A stretch of DNA of 63,513 bases, filler included. It is 9 parts of 9 records of this genome, joined end to end, with 100 filler letters (N's around TTAATTAATTAA, not from the genome) between each part and the next. Parts side by side here need not be neighbours in the genome. Positions count along the whole stretch, not along the records: positions 46,647 to 52,277 come from SRR31156797_73155; positions 52,378 to 57,851 come from SRR31156797_73169; positions 57,952 to 63,513 come from SRR31156797_73199; 6 more parts are not named here. One strand, written 5' to 3'. Below, in pieces: positions 50,011 through 59,357 of the stretch. Made by a program: the position numbers and the translations under genes. Positions within the stretch are counted from its first letter, which is position 1. The number at the start of each line of letters is the position of its first letter. The notes under the pieces are model-generated. The model was not told the origin of the DNA, searched no databases, and saw only the letters and a list, made by a program, of their open reading frames with translations.

Positions 50011-50043
50011 AAAACGAAAAAAACAGCAAACAAGGAGAGATCC

Positions 50044-50832
50044 ATGGCTTACAAATATATGACCTATGAAGAAAAGGATGAAATCGGAATTTTAACCCTT
50101 AATCGGCCGGATAAGCGGAACGCTCTGGGGATTGCCTTTGAAGAAGAGATTATTGCATGTCTTAAGGACGCCGGTGAGCGGTGTGATGTAAAAGTCATCC
50201 TTTTGAAAGCCGCCGGGGATATTTTCTGTGCCGGTCATGACCGCCTGGAGATTGTCAATCAACCCCTTGCGGAAATCAGGCGGCTTTTTCAAACCTCCTT
50301 CAATCTCATGACCGCCATCCGCAGTGCGCCCCAGTGTATTATCGCCCAGGTCCACGGGATCGCCATGGCGGGCGGATGCCACCTGGTGGCGGGGTGTGAT
50401 CTCATCACGGCGGGCGAGGAAAAGGCCAAATTCGGCATGACCGGCCTCATCTATTCCTACAACTGCACCACCCCCACCGTTGCCGTGAGCCGTGCCGTGC
50501 CGCCCAAAAAATGCCTTGAGATGTTGATGACGGCCGATCTTTACAGCGCCAGGGAGGCGGAAGCGTTCCACCTGGTCAACCGTGTTTTCCCGGACGACAA
50601 ACTGGATGAAATGACCTTGGAATTTGCAAAAAAGATTGCCAAAACCAGCAAGTACGCCATCCATATGTCCAAACAGGCATTTTATGCGCAGATGGAAATG
50701 TCCGAATGGCAGGCATACCACTACGCCAAGGAGATGATGGCCGTGGCGGGCGTCAGCAAGAACGCAACGGAAGGATTCACCGCGTTTCTCGATAAGCGTG
50801 AGCCCGTATGGGATGAGTCCACACCTTTCTGA
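50044..50832 (+). CDS. Enoyl-CoA hydratase/isomerase (crotonase) family
   Basis: LNRPDKRNAL, FCAGHD, IAQVHGIAMAGGC and EGFTAFLDKREP. Confidence 0.9.
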   Translation: MAYKYMTYEEKDEIGILTLNRPDKRNALGIAFEEEIIACLKDAGERCDVKVILLKAAGDIFCAGHDRLEIVNQPLAEIRRLFQTSFNLMTAIRSAPQCIIAQVHGIAMAGGCHLVAGCDLITAGEEKAKFGMTGLIYSYNCTTPTVAVSRAVPPKKCLEMLMTADLYSAREAEAFHLVNRVFPDDKLDEMTLEFAKKIAKTSKYAIHMSKQAFYAQMEMSEWQAYHYAKEMMAVAGVSKNATEGFTAFLDKREPVWDESTPF

Positions 50833-51752
50833 TGTCTCTCCCGGGAAAAAAATCGTCGGACTCCAAACCGGCTGCAACCCTGATTCTTGTAAAGCCTCAC
50901 GGAAATGCATTTAAGGTATATCTCCTCAAAAGGGGTCCAAAAAGCCGCTTTATGCCGGGGGTTCATGTTTTTCCGGGCGGCATGGTGGATCCGGAGGATC
51001 ATGGTCTTGATATCTGGGCGGACCATCTGGATATGGCCCTTGAGGACATACAGCGAAACCTGGGTGCGGATACCCTTACCGCTGAGGACACCCTATCCTT
51101 CATCATCGCCGCCATTCGGGAAACCTTTGAAGAGGCGGGCGTCCTGCTGGTTAACATGAAAGAAATCATAGGTCCTGACCTTGAATCTCTGCTGAAACGG
51201 AGGGACGGGGGTCCCCTGGAACCTGGATGGTTCAAATCATTTATGACGGCGGCAGACGGGATGCTGGCGGTTTCAAGGCTGCACCCATGGGCCCACTGGA
51301 TTACGCCCCGTTTGATGAAGCTCCGGTTTGACACGCGATTTTTCCTGGCACTGATGCCGGAAAATCAGATCTGCCATCCTGACCGGAAAGAGACCACCGA
51401 AGGCCTTTGGGTCACCCCGAAGGAAGGACTAATCGGCAACCTTTCAGGGGAAATACCCCTGAGCCCTCCCGCCGTGGTCACCCTGCACGACCTTCTGGCG
51501 TACCCGTACATGGATGATTTAATGAAGGCGGTCTCAAAACGATCCTGGGGAGATATCATCGAACCTCAACTGGTTCCCATGGAGCGGGGCGCCATGATTA
51601 TTGAGCCCTGGGACCCCATGTATGGCAGAGAGCATATCCGGATGGAAACAACAACCCTTGAAGATTATGTCCTCGATCCTGAGGCGCCCTTTTCCAGGCT
51701 CTGGAATGACGGCCGACTATGGAGACCCATCAGGTTTCAAAATCAATATTGA
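50832..51752 (+). CDS. NUDIX hydrolase (Nudt19-like acyl-CoA diphosphatase family)
   Basis: VFPGG.VD..D, a split Nudix box AIRETFEEAG and HWITP....RFDTRFF. Confidence 0.85.
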   Translation: MSLPGKKSSDSKPAATLILVKPHGNAFKVYLLKRGPKSRFMPGVHVFPGGMVDPEDHGLDIWADHLDMALEDIQRNLGADTLTAEDTLSFIIAAIRETFEEAGVLLVNMKEIIGPDLESLLKRRDGGPLEPGWFKSFMTAADGMLAVSRLHPWAHWITPRLMKLRFDTRFFLALMPENQICHPDRKETTEGLWVTPKEGLIGNLSGEIPLSPPAVVTLHDLLAYPYMDDLMKAVSKRSWGDIIEPQLVPMERGAMIIEPWDPMYGREHIRMETTTLEDYVLDPEAPFSRLWNDGRLWRPIRFQNQY

Positions 51753-51850
51753 TGGTCTCGTAAAAAATCGAAAATGACGAAATCGCCATTAATAATATCA
51801 GTTGGCTACATCCCCAAAAGGCAAAAATCGGACCTTTTACGGATACATCA
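51750..51850. repeat. About 100-bp element with imperfect terminal inverted repeats (MITE/REP-like)
   Basis: Left end TGATGgtctCGTAAAAaaTC versus reverse complement of the right end TGATGtatcCGTAAAAggTC (14/20 identical). Confidence 0.6.
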
Positions 51851-51910
51851 CTCTTGATCCTTATTAACTTTTTTTGAATATATTCATAATTTCAGCCCAG
51901 TTTATTTTTC

Positions 51911-51941
51911 TTGACAAAAGGCATTTTTTTGTCATTATACT
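51911..51941 (+). promoter_or_regulatory. Sigma70-like promoter overlapped by an 8-bp inverted repeat
   Basis: TTGACA at 51911, palindrome TGACAAAA-N7-TTTTGTCA at 51912-51934 and TATACT at 51936 (the spacer is long, 19 nt). Confidence 0.5.
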
Positions 51942-52123
51942 TTAGTAAAATTCAACTAACCATCCAAGATCTATCCTAGAGATTTATTTATGAAAATGCA
52001 TACCAAACTCTGCATGCCCTGCTCCCAACAGGCATAGTTTGCTCGTTGGGAGCTTAAGTCTTTTTCCATGTATCGATAGATACCATATCATTTGGAAATG
52101 AAGAAAGGAGGATAAAATCTATT

Positions 52124-52277
52124 ATGGGGACTTTTCTGAAAAGGCTGCTTACTTACACCTTTGCAACATTCTTAGGTCTTATGTTGGTTACGACCCTCTT
52201 TTCGAATACGTGTTCGGCTTACGTATACTGGACAGATCAACAAACGGACACCATAGGTCGGGCAAACCTGGATGGTT
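52124..52277 (+). CDS. Exported YWTD (LDL-receptor class B-like) repeat protein, 3'-truncated
   Basis: AAGGAGG SD, a signal peptide ending CSA, then YVYWTDQQTDTIGRANLDG. Confidence 0.75.
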
Positions 52278-52377
52278 NNNNNNNNNNNNNNNNNNNNNNN
52301 NNNNNNNNNNNNNNNNNNNNNTTAATTAATTAANNNNNNNNNNNNNNNNNNNNNNNNNNNNNNNNNNNNNNNNNNNN

Positions 52378-52445
52378 CATCTGCTGCACCCGATACAAAC
52401 ATCATCCATCGCTTTTTTACAACCAACAATTAATACTTTTTCCAT
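52378..52445 (-). CDS. Probable CGGC-domain protein, N-terminus only
   Basis: Not in the ORF track. AAGGAG SD followed by MEKVLIVGCKKAMDDVCIGCSR running to the contig edge. Confidence 0.5.
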
Positions 52446-52478
52446 TCCCTTTTCTCCTTTAATGTTGGGGGTTAAATT

Positions 52479-52494
52479 TTTGATCAACCTCACA
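52479..52494. promoter_or_regulatory. CRP/HcpR-type binding-site candidate
   Basis: TTTGA-N6-TCACA, 9/10 match to TGTGA-N6-TCACA, 34 bp upstream of the 52445 start. Confidence 0.4.
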
Positions 52495-52702
52495 GGACAA
52501 GACCTAACGCAATGGCCGTGCCATATAGAAAAAAAATAAAGAAACAGATAGAATTGATTTATATTTTCAATATATTATATATGCATCACAATAAATACTA
52601 TTGTCCTGGAACAAAAATTTTATCATCAACCAGGCCCACTTAAGTCGCACAGGTGCAACCCCTGTTTGAATTCAGAAAACGACTGATGCGATTTTCATCT
52701 CA

Positions 52703-53503
52703 TCAAGCACCGACCCTGTCTATGAATACGCAGGGTCGGCCGGATTTGGGATGTTTTCCCAGCCGGACAGGGGTGTGATATACGGCCTGGATGTTTTCCC
52801 GGGTCAGGACCTGTTCCGGGGTACCTATGGCATGAATCCGCCCATTATCTTTATTCAAAAGCACCAGATCATCAGAATATTCAGCCGCCATGTTCAAATC
52901 ATGGATCACCATGAGCACGGTAAGGCCTAAGCTGTCCCGCAGCCCTGAAATAAGATCCAGTATCCTGGCCTGGTGGGTGATATCCAGATGCGCGGTGGGT
53001 TCATCCAGCACAAGAAACTCAGGTTCCTGGGTCAGCGCCCTGGCAAGGGCAGCCAACTGGCGCTCTCCGCCTGACACCTGGTCCATGGCTGAATCGGCAA
53101 GGTCCCGGATGCCGGTGACTGTCATAAAGTGCAGGGCAAGATCCCTATCTTTTCTGGTTTCAAAAAACTGAAACGATTTGAAAAACGGCAGTCGGCCCAG
53201 CAGCACATAGGCTTTAACCTGCATGGGCAACGGGTCCTGATTTTGACGCACCACGGCCATCTGCCGGGCAAGGTCAGCCCGGGTCTGGGCAGCGACGTCC
53301 TTACCCTTGAGTATAATTTTTCCCTTGAACGGTTCCAGATTTCCGCAAATCGTACGCAGCAGGCTGGTTTTTCCGGCACCGTTAGGACCAATAATGGAAA
53401 CAATCTTGCCTGCCGGTACATCAAAACTGATATTCGACAAAACCTGACGCCGGGCAAAGCCCAGGGTGACATCTTGAATTTCCACCAGAGGTATCCGTGT
53501 CAT
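52703..53503 (-). CDS. ABC transporter ATP-binding protein (BtuD/FecE-like)
   Basis: GPNGAGKT, VSGGERQ, LDEPTAHLD and IHDLN. Confidence 0.93.
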   Translation of the reverse strand: MTRIPLVEIQDVTLGFARRQVLSNISFDVPAGKIVSIIGPNGAGKTSLLRTICGNLEPFKGKIILKGKDVAAQTRADLARQMAVVRQNQDPLPMQVKAYVLLGRLPFFKSFQFFETRKDRDLALHFMTVTGIRDLADSAMDQVSGGERQLAALARALTQEPEFLVLDEPTAHLDITHQARILDLISGLRDSLGLTVLMVIHDLNMAAEYSDDLVLLNKDNGRIHAIGTPEQVLTRENIQAVYHTPVRLGKHPKSGRPCVFIDRVGA

Positions 53504-54507
53504 AGGTCCCCCGTTTTCCTGGAAATGGCCCAGATGAACACCACGCCGCCAATGATACCGGTGATCACACCCACAGGCAGTTCCAAGGGCGCGATTACGG
53601 TTCGAGCCACCACATCGCACATCAACAGGAACACGGCACCGGCCAGATAGGAGGCCAGCAAAAGGATTCTGTGATCCGGCCCGGTAATCAGGCGCATGAA
53701 ATGGGGTACAATAAGGCCCACAAACATGATGACGCCCGCCATGGAGACGGACAGACCGGTTAGAAACGATGCAATGAAGAAGAGACCTTTCCTGGCCCGG
53801 GCCGTGTTCACCCCAAGGCCTGCGGCCTCTTCTTCGCCCAGAAGAAGTGCGTTGAGATCAAAACAAAAAAAATAGGAGAGAAAAAGTCCGGCCAGGGATC
53901 CCACCAGGGCCATACGGATCAGGGTCATATCCGGTTCGTCCAAAGATCCCATAATCCAAAGCACAATGGCCTGAAGATCGTCGGACCGGGCCAGGGCCAT
54001 GAGCAGCATGACCAGGGATGATGCCACATAGGAGATCATCACGCCGGTGAGCAGCATCCGGTTGGAACGGATATGCCGGGTGCTGCGGTTCAATCCGTAT
54101 ACCAGACAAATAACCAGGCTTGCACCAACAAACCCGGATAAGGGATAGGCAATGATGCCGATGAACATATAAAGTTTAAACAGGATATTTACGCAGATAC
54201 CCAGGGATGCCCCGCCTGAAATCCCAAGGGTATAGGGTTCCACCAAAGGATTTTTAAACATGCCCTGGAGCAGGGTACCGGCAAGGCTCAATGCCCCGCC
54301 CATGGCAATGCCAAGCAGGGTTCTCGGCAGCCGGATACCCATGAGGATGCCGTATTCCGGGCTACCCGGCCCTGCGGCAATGATGCCCGGAATGTCAAAA
54401 AAACGGATATCGGCACTGCCCACGGACAGGGACAGGCCTGCGGAGAACATTAGAAGAATAAGCAGGCCCAATGAAAATAGCCCCCATGACCTGGCATTGG
54501 CTTTCAA
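53500..54507 (-). CDS. FecCD/BtuC-family ABC permease
   Basis: IRLPR, NPLVEPYTLGISGGA, FVGLIVPH and ELPVGVIT. Confidence 0.93.
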   Translation of the reverse strand: MKANARSWGLFSLGLLILLMFSAGLSLSVGSADIRFFDIPGIIAAGPGSPEYGILMGIRLPRTLLGIAMGGALSLAGTLLQGMFKNPLVEPYTLGISGGASLGICVNILFKLYMFIGIIAYPLSGFVGASLVICLVYGLNRSTRHIRSNRMLLTGVMISYVASSLVMLLMALARSDDLQAIVLWIMGSLDEPDMTLIRMALVGSLAGLFLSYFFCFDLNALLLGEEEAAGLGVNTARARKGLFFIASFLTGLSVSMAGVIMFVGLIVPHFMRLITGPDHRILLLASYLAGAVFLLMCDVVARTVIAPLELPVGVITGIIGGVVFIWAISRKTGDL

Positions 54508-55382
54508 TTGGACCCTTCTGCCGTGCTGATTTCCGGGTGAATCAGAACTGCCACCTGCCTGAGGCCGGATGCAAAACTGACAGGGGTGGGGTGGCAGATC
54601 ACTTCCGGGTCAAGCACATGAATTTCGTGATTTTTGACAGATGTCAGGAAAGCAAAGGCCATCCATCTTTTCTTCTCAAACGCCGCAGCTTTTTTACTTG
54701 ACCCCATGGTGGCCACGAGAATGACATCCGGGTCCTGCTTGATCACCGCTTCTCTGGAATAGATGCCCGAGGGTTGATTTTCTGCAATATTAACGGCATT
54801 GGCCTGGATAATATATTCGTTGATAAACAGATCCTTGTTCACCGTATGAAGGGGTTTGAGACCAATCTGGATAAATACCCGTCTCGGGCTTAAGCCTGCA
54901 ACCTGTTCGCGGACCCTGTCCACATCCTTTGAGGCCTGGTGCACAAGGCCCTGGGCCTGGGCTGTTTTGCCAAGGGCGTCCGCAATTTTCAGGGTAATGG
55001 CGCACATTTGATCAAAGGTTTTGGGGTTGCGGATATCCATGACCCGAAGCCCCTGGGATCGAAGAATCTTAAGCGGCTTTTCCCTGCTCAAAGGAGAGGA
55101 TATCACAAGATCCGGTTCCAGGCTGATGATCTTTTCCACATTCATCTGGGTGACGGACCCGATCTTCTCTTTTTGGGCCGCCTCGGGGGGCACCGTACAA
55201 TAAGAGGTGTTGGCAATCAGCTGGTCCTGGGCTCCTAAAAGATAAATGGTTTCCGTGATAAAAGGAGACAACGAGACCACCCGGACAGCCGGTGCAGGCG
55301 GTTGGGCTGCAGCCCAACCCGGCATACAGACCAGGACCGAAATCCACACCCAAAGCATTTTAAAAGGCTTGAGCCTGTCCAT
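54504..55382 (-). CDS. Periplasmic helical-backbone binding protein (BtuF-like)
   Basis: Signal peptide, RVVSLSPFITE and NVEKIISLEPDLV. Confidence 0.9.
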   Translation of the reverse strand: MDRLKPFKMLWVWISVLVCMPGWAAAQPPAPAVRVVSLSPFITETIYLLGAQDQLIANTSYCTVPPEAAQKEKIGSVTQMNVEKIISLEPDLVISSPLSREKPLKILRSQGLRVMDIRNPKTFDQMCAITLKIADALGKTAQAQGLVHQASKDVDRVREQVAGLSPRRVFIQIGLKPLHTVNKDLFINEYIIQANAVNIAENQPSGIYSREAVIKQDPDVILVATMGSSKKAAAFEKKRWMAFAFLTSVKNHEIHVLDPEVICHPTPVSFASGLRQVAVLIHPEISTAEGSN

Positions 55383-57439
55383 TATTCGACCTGTTCTCCA
55401 ATCCGGACTTTAGCACCGGCCATAACGGCATTCAACGCTTTTTTGATCACAATGGGAACGCGGTCATCCCGAATCATATCCATTATATCGATGTGCCGGC
55501 CCGCGATCTTTTCCGCCATCTGTTTGCACCACAGATCAAAAGCGTCAAGTGTTGAAATCTGCCCGCGTTCATATGCATCGCTTAAGGCCAAGGCGGATGC
55601 CATAAACCCCGCAACTTCTTTGTTCAGCAGCAGATGCTCGACCATGGCGTTGAATTCACTTTTCTTTTGTTGACAATTACACTGGGCACCGGCAGTGACC
55701 GCGTAAATGCTGATATTTCGCTCCTTCAGGCGTTGGACAATATGGCGGCCGTTTAAAATCCCGTTCTGTTTTTCCACTGCATGTTTAACCCCTGCGTAAA
55801 CCGCCCTTGCAATGAGCTCTCCCATTTTTGAATGGCCCCCTGCATTGTCAATAGCGCCCCCCTGCCCTTCCACCACCAGGATGTTATCCGTGCCCGTACC
55901 CGTAGCCGGATTTTTTGCCCCGGAGTAGCTTGACCGGATGTCCAGATCTTCAAGCAGGGCGGTCTTAGCTTCCGTGGCCGAAATAATTGCCCGGGACATG
56001 GCCCTGGGGGTCAGATGCATGTTGGTTAATATTAATATATTAATGGTGCCCGGTTCATAAAACATGCCCTCGTCTGTGCCCATACGCACGGCATTGGACA
56101 TAACGCCTGCCGTAACCAGCGCCATAACTTCCATGCCTTTAAATTTTTCGGTCTGGATGGACAGATTGCCCATATCCGCCCCGGTCATGAGCAGGGCGGT
56201 GGTTTCAGCTTTTTTGCCGATGGCACCAAGGATACGGGTGCGAACAGAATCTATGCCCGGCAGATGGCCCGGCATCCAGGTGGGCGACGGAGTATAATGG
56301 TTGCCCACGGTTGTAATATTTTCCCGCCAACCTTCCAGGGTGGACAAAACAGTCATGGGCACTTTTAAATCCACCGCCAGAGTTTTGTTGGGATAGTCAA
56401 ACACGTACGCATTGACAATGGATGCGTTTTCCACATAGGGAATATTTTTTGAAATATCCCGTTCAAGGGCTGTTTCATTGATAATCCCGGGAGGATGAAC
56501 ATCATTTTTCGCATCGGCAAAGTCCTGGGTGTAAATCAATGAGGAAAGATAGGCCACAAAGTCGGAAGTGTGAACCGAGGCCCTGCAGGTCAAATCACAT
56601 GGCAGGTAATAGATTTGATGATTTTTCACCGCATCCACATCCCTCCACCCCGGTGTTGAAAAAAATTTTTCCGCCACCAGTTTGTCATTCCCGCAACCGT
56701 AGATCACTTGTGGATTAAAGCGGGTAAACGCTTCCAGGGTTACGGGCACAATCTTGCCTGTTTTACCGAACTCAGGGGCCTGGCCACCTGCGGCCCGGAT
56801 CATCTCAGCCTGGAACGTATCACCCGCCGGCGTCATGATGCTGTCCCGGCCCATGAGCCGCATCACCCGTTTGTGTATTACCTTTGCCTTATCCAGCTTT
56901 GCTCTGACATGGGCCAGTTTGTCCATGTTCTTCTTCACAAGGCCCAGGGCACGAGCCTCATGGCCTGTAATTCGGCCAAGGGTTTTCATCTGGGCCCAAG
57001 CCTGTTCCAGGGATTTTGTGCCATAAACAAAAACCTTCAGCCCGGAGACTTTTGCATCCTCAATGATCCGATTGTGAAAAGAGGAGGCAATGAGCAAATC
57101 CGGGTGCATTTTTTTGACATGGGCATAGGACGGATTGAAAAACCCGCCCACAACCTCGCGTTTATCTGATCCTGAAAGCGTCACATCATGGTAGGTGGCC
57201 CCCTTAAGCCGCTCTCCGGCCCCGATGGTGACAAGGATCTCCGATGCCGTAGGCACAAGGCTGACAATTCGTTGGGGCGGCTGCTCAAAAATAAGGGTTG
57301 CCCCGGTAGTGTCCTGGACCTGAATATGGGCGGCCAATACCGTAACACGGCCTTGGTAAAACCCCGTGAAAAGGAAAGCAACAATATAAAAAATCAGAGT
57401 ATAGCGGTTTAGGCGCAAAGATCGTAAATACAAGTGCAT
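55382..57439 (-). CDS. BtuF-like binding domain fused to adenosylcobinamide amidohydrolase (CbiZ) domain
   Basis: Hydrophobic N-terminus and PQRIVSLVPTASE (binding protein), then LMTGADM, VTAGV.SNA, GTINILI, TEAKTA and ATGTGTD (CbiZ). Confidence 0.85.
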   Translation of the reverse strand: MHLYLRSLRLNRYTLIFYIVAFLFTGFYQGRVTVLAAHIQVQDTTGATLIFEQPPQRIVSLVPTASEILVTIGAGERLKGATYHDVTLSGSDKREVVGGFFNPSYAHVKKMHPDLLIASSFHNRIIEDAKVSGLKVFVYGTKSLEQAWAQMKTLGRITGHEARALGLVKKNMDKLAHVRAKLDKAKVIHKRVMRLMGRDSIMTPAGDTFQAEMIRAAGGQAPEFGKTGKIVPVTLEAFTRFNPQVIYGCGNDKLVAEKFFSTPGWRDVDAVKNHQIYYLPCDLTCRASVHTSDFVAYLSSLIYTQDFADAKNDVHPPGIINETALERDISKNIPYVENASIVNAYVFDYPNKTLAVDLKVPMTVLSTLEGWRENITTVGNHYTPSPTWMPGHLPGIDSVRTRILGAIGKKAETTALLMTGADMGNLSIQTEKFKGMEVMALVTAGVMSNAVRMGTDEGMFYEPGTINILILTNMHLTPRAMSRAIISATEAKTALLEDLDIRSSYSGAKNPATGTGTDNILVVEGQGGAIDNAGGHSKMGELIARAVYAGVKHAVEKQNGILNGRHIVQRLKERNISIYAVTAGAQCNCQQKKSEFNAMVEHLLLNKEVAGFMASALALSDAYERGQISTLDAFDLWCKQMAEKIAGRHIDIMDMIRDDRVPIVIKKALNAVMAGAKVRIGEQVE

Positions 57440-58036
57440 CCTCTTTTTTCTTTAGGGCAGTCGCCTGTATTTTGACTGTAGTTAATGTTAACTTCCAATG
57501 GCCCATACGGATTTATAAGAAAATCTCCAGCAAGCAACTGGATTCTTACTATCTTTGTTCTGGGCCCAAGCTTGTATGATGTTAGGCCAGGTCGGCCCGT
57601 GGCCGTTATAAAGGACCTATGTATGATCCTTCCTCAACCAAAAATAAAGGGGACCGACAAGATCGTTGATTCCAGAAACACCAAATTATTTCAATGTGGA
57701 GATAGGAATGGATATGATGGGCAGTGCTAACTTGTCGGTTCGTATAATGGAGTGAATGCGGTCACCCCTGGATACTTTTCCGGCATCCGGCTGTGTGATG
57801 TAATAGTAAAGCTCAGATACGCCATGGTACATATCCAAGGCAATCAAATCTNNNNNNNNNNNNNNNNNNNNNNNNNNNNNNNNNNNNNNNNNNNNTTAAT
57901 TAATTAANNNNNNNNNNNNNNNNNNNNNNNNNNNNNNNNNNNNNNNNNNNNGGTCCTTGCATTCCGGAGGGTGAACCCCGCGCGGAAATGAAGCTTTGCC
58001 TTGGGAATCAGTAGCCATAATGACGTATTCCGGATG

Positions 58037-58342
58037 CTAGTGCTTTCTATGGAGTCGCTTGAACGCAACGCTCACCGCCAGCATGACGCCCACGGTGACC
58101 GACAGGGCCAGGATGAATGCGACCGGTGTCTCGTACCGCTCGGTGAGCTGTTCGCGCAGTACATGACCAAAGGTGGCCAGGGCTGCGACAAACAAGACAA
58201 TAGGTAGCGCAAAGGCCATGACGACCTTCATCGTTACTGAAGGGCCCCCAGCGTGACCGAGTTGCTCGTATATCTTCTTACAGTCGTGGGCTTCGCTGCA
58301 TCCGTTGCAGGACTTTGCTTCTACCATGGTTTCCACTACCAA
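58037..58342 (-). CDS. Small membrane protein, RseC/MucC-like
   Basis: N-terminal CNGC-x5-C followed by two TM helices. The start may be at 58327. Confidence 0.55.
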   Translation of the reverse strand: MVVETMVEAKSCNGCSEAHDCKKIYEQLGHAGGPSVTMKVVMAFALPIVLFVAALATFGHVLREQLTERYETPVAFILALSVTVGVMLAVSVAFKRLHRKH

Positions 58343-58414
58343 ACGATAAAATGGAGATTATAATCCTTTAGACTCGTTTTTCAAACAGAACTTTGGGAAT
58401 TCAAAGGAATCAGC

Positions 58415-59257
58415 ATGGCAAAACGATTCACCGGGCTTGTGGCTGGGTTGGTGTTGGGCCTCCTGTCGGGCTGCGCCGTCAATCCGCTCACCGGCCAGGA
58501 GGAATTGATGTTCTTCTCCGAGGACAAGGATGTTCAACTCGGGGACAAGTATGCGCCGCAGATCGAAACGGCTCTGGGGGGGCGTTTACCGGACGAGAAT
58601 CTTCAGGACTATATCAACACCGTCGGTCAGCGCATTGCCCGGTTCTGTCATCGGCCGGATATCGCATATTATTTCACGGCCGTCGACGAGAAACAGGTCA
58701 ATGCCTTTGCCGTTCCCGGTGGGCATGTCTTTATCACGCGCGGGCTCCTCGAGAAATTGGACTCAGAGGCACAGCTGGCGGCCATCTTGGGGCATGAAAT
58801 CGGGCACATTGTCGCGCGGGATAGCATGGCGGCGCTGAGTCGGCAGATTGGCATGACGGCGCTGCTGGGCGCCGCGGCCAGTGTCGGGGGCTCCGGCAGT
58901 GGCGACCTCATGGCGGGAACCGCCTTCATCAGCGGAGTCCTTTCTTTGCAGTATGGCCGTGATGACGAGACGGCCGCCGATATGGTTGGCATGGCTTATA
59001 TCGTTCAGGCCGGCTACGATCCTCGGGGCGCGGTGGAGACGATGCGCGTCTTGCAGGAGCTACAGACCGTACGGCCCGTCGAGTTTTTCTCCACCCATCC
59101 GAATCCCCAAAATCGCGTCACGTATCTCGAAGAGCACATTGAACGGCGCTATGGGATGATGGGGGAGTTGAAGATGGGCCGAGAGGATTACGCTGAGCAT
59201 GTGCTCGCGGTGCTAGAAGAGCGTTCCGGACGAGATCAGCCGACCGAAACGCCCTAG
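58415..59257 (+). CDS. M48 family metallopeptidase lipoprotein
   Basis: Lipobox LSGC, VNAFAVPGG, HEIGH, E..AD and STHP. Confidence 0.92.
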   Translation: MAKRFTGLVAGLVLGLLSGCAVNPLTGQEELMFFSEDKDVQLGDKYAPQIETALGGRLPDENLQDYINTVGQRIARFCHRPDIAYYFTAVDEKQVNAFAVPGGHVFITRGLLEKLDSEAQLAAILGHEIGHIVARDSMAALSRQIGMTALLGAAASVGGSGSGDLMAGTAFISGVLSLQYGRDDETAADMVGMAYIVQAGYDPRGAVETMRVLQELQTVRPVEFFSTHPNPQNRVTYLEEHIERRYGMMGELKMGREDYAEHVLAVLEERSGRDQPTETP

Positions 59258-59357
59258 CCGGCGCCGAAAAAGAGCCAGTCCCTCTATCGGAGACTGGCTC
59301 GTGCTTGGTCGGAGACAGGCGGTCTGGTCTGGCTTCGGCCGGCCGCGCGATCTGTTG

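Noticed and set aside
57440-57851. Cobalamin riboswitch upstream of the BtuF-CbiZ operon
   Set aside because: No B12-box (GGGAA...GCCACTG-type) pattern recognised on the - strand within the available sequence.
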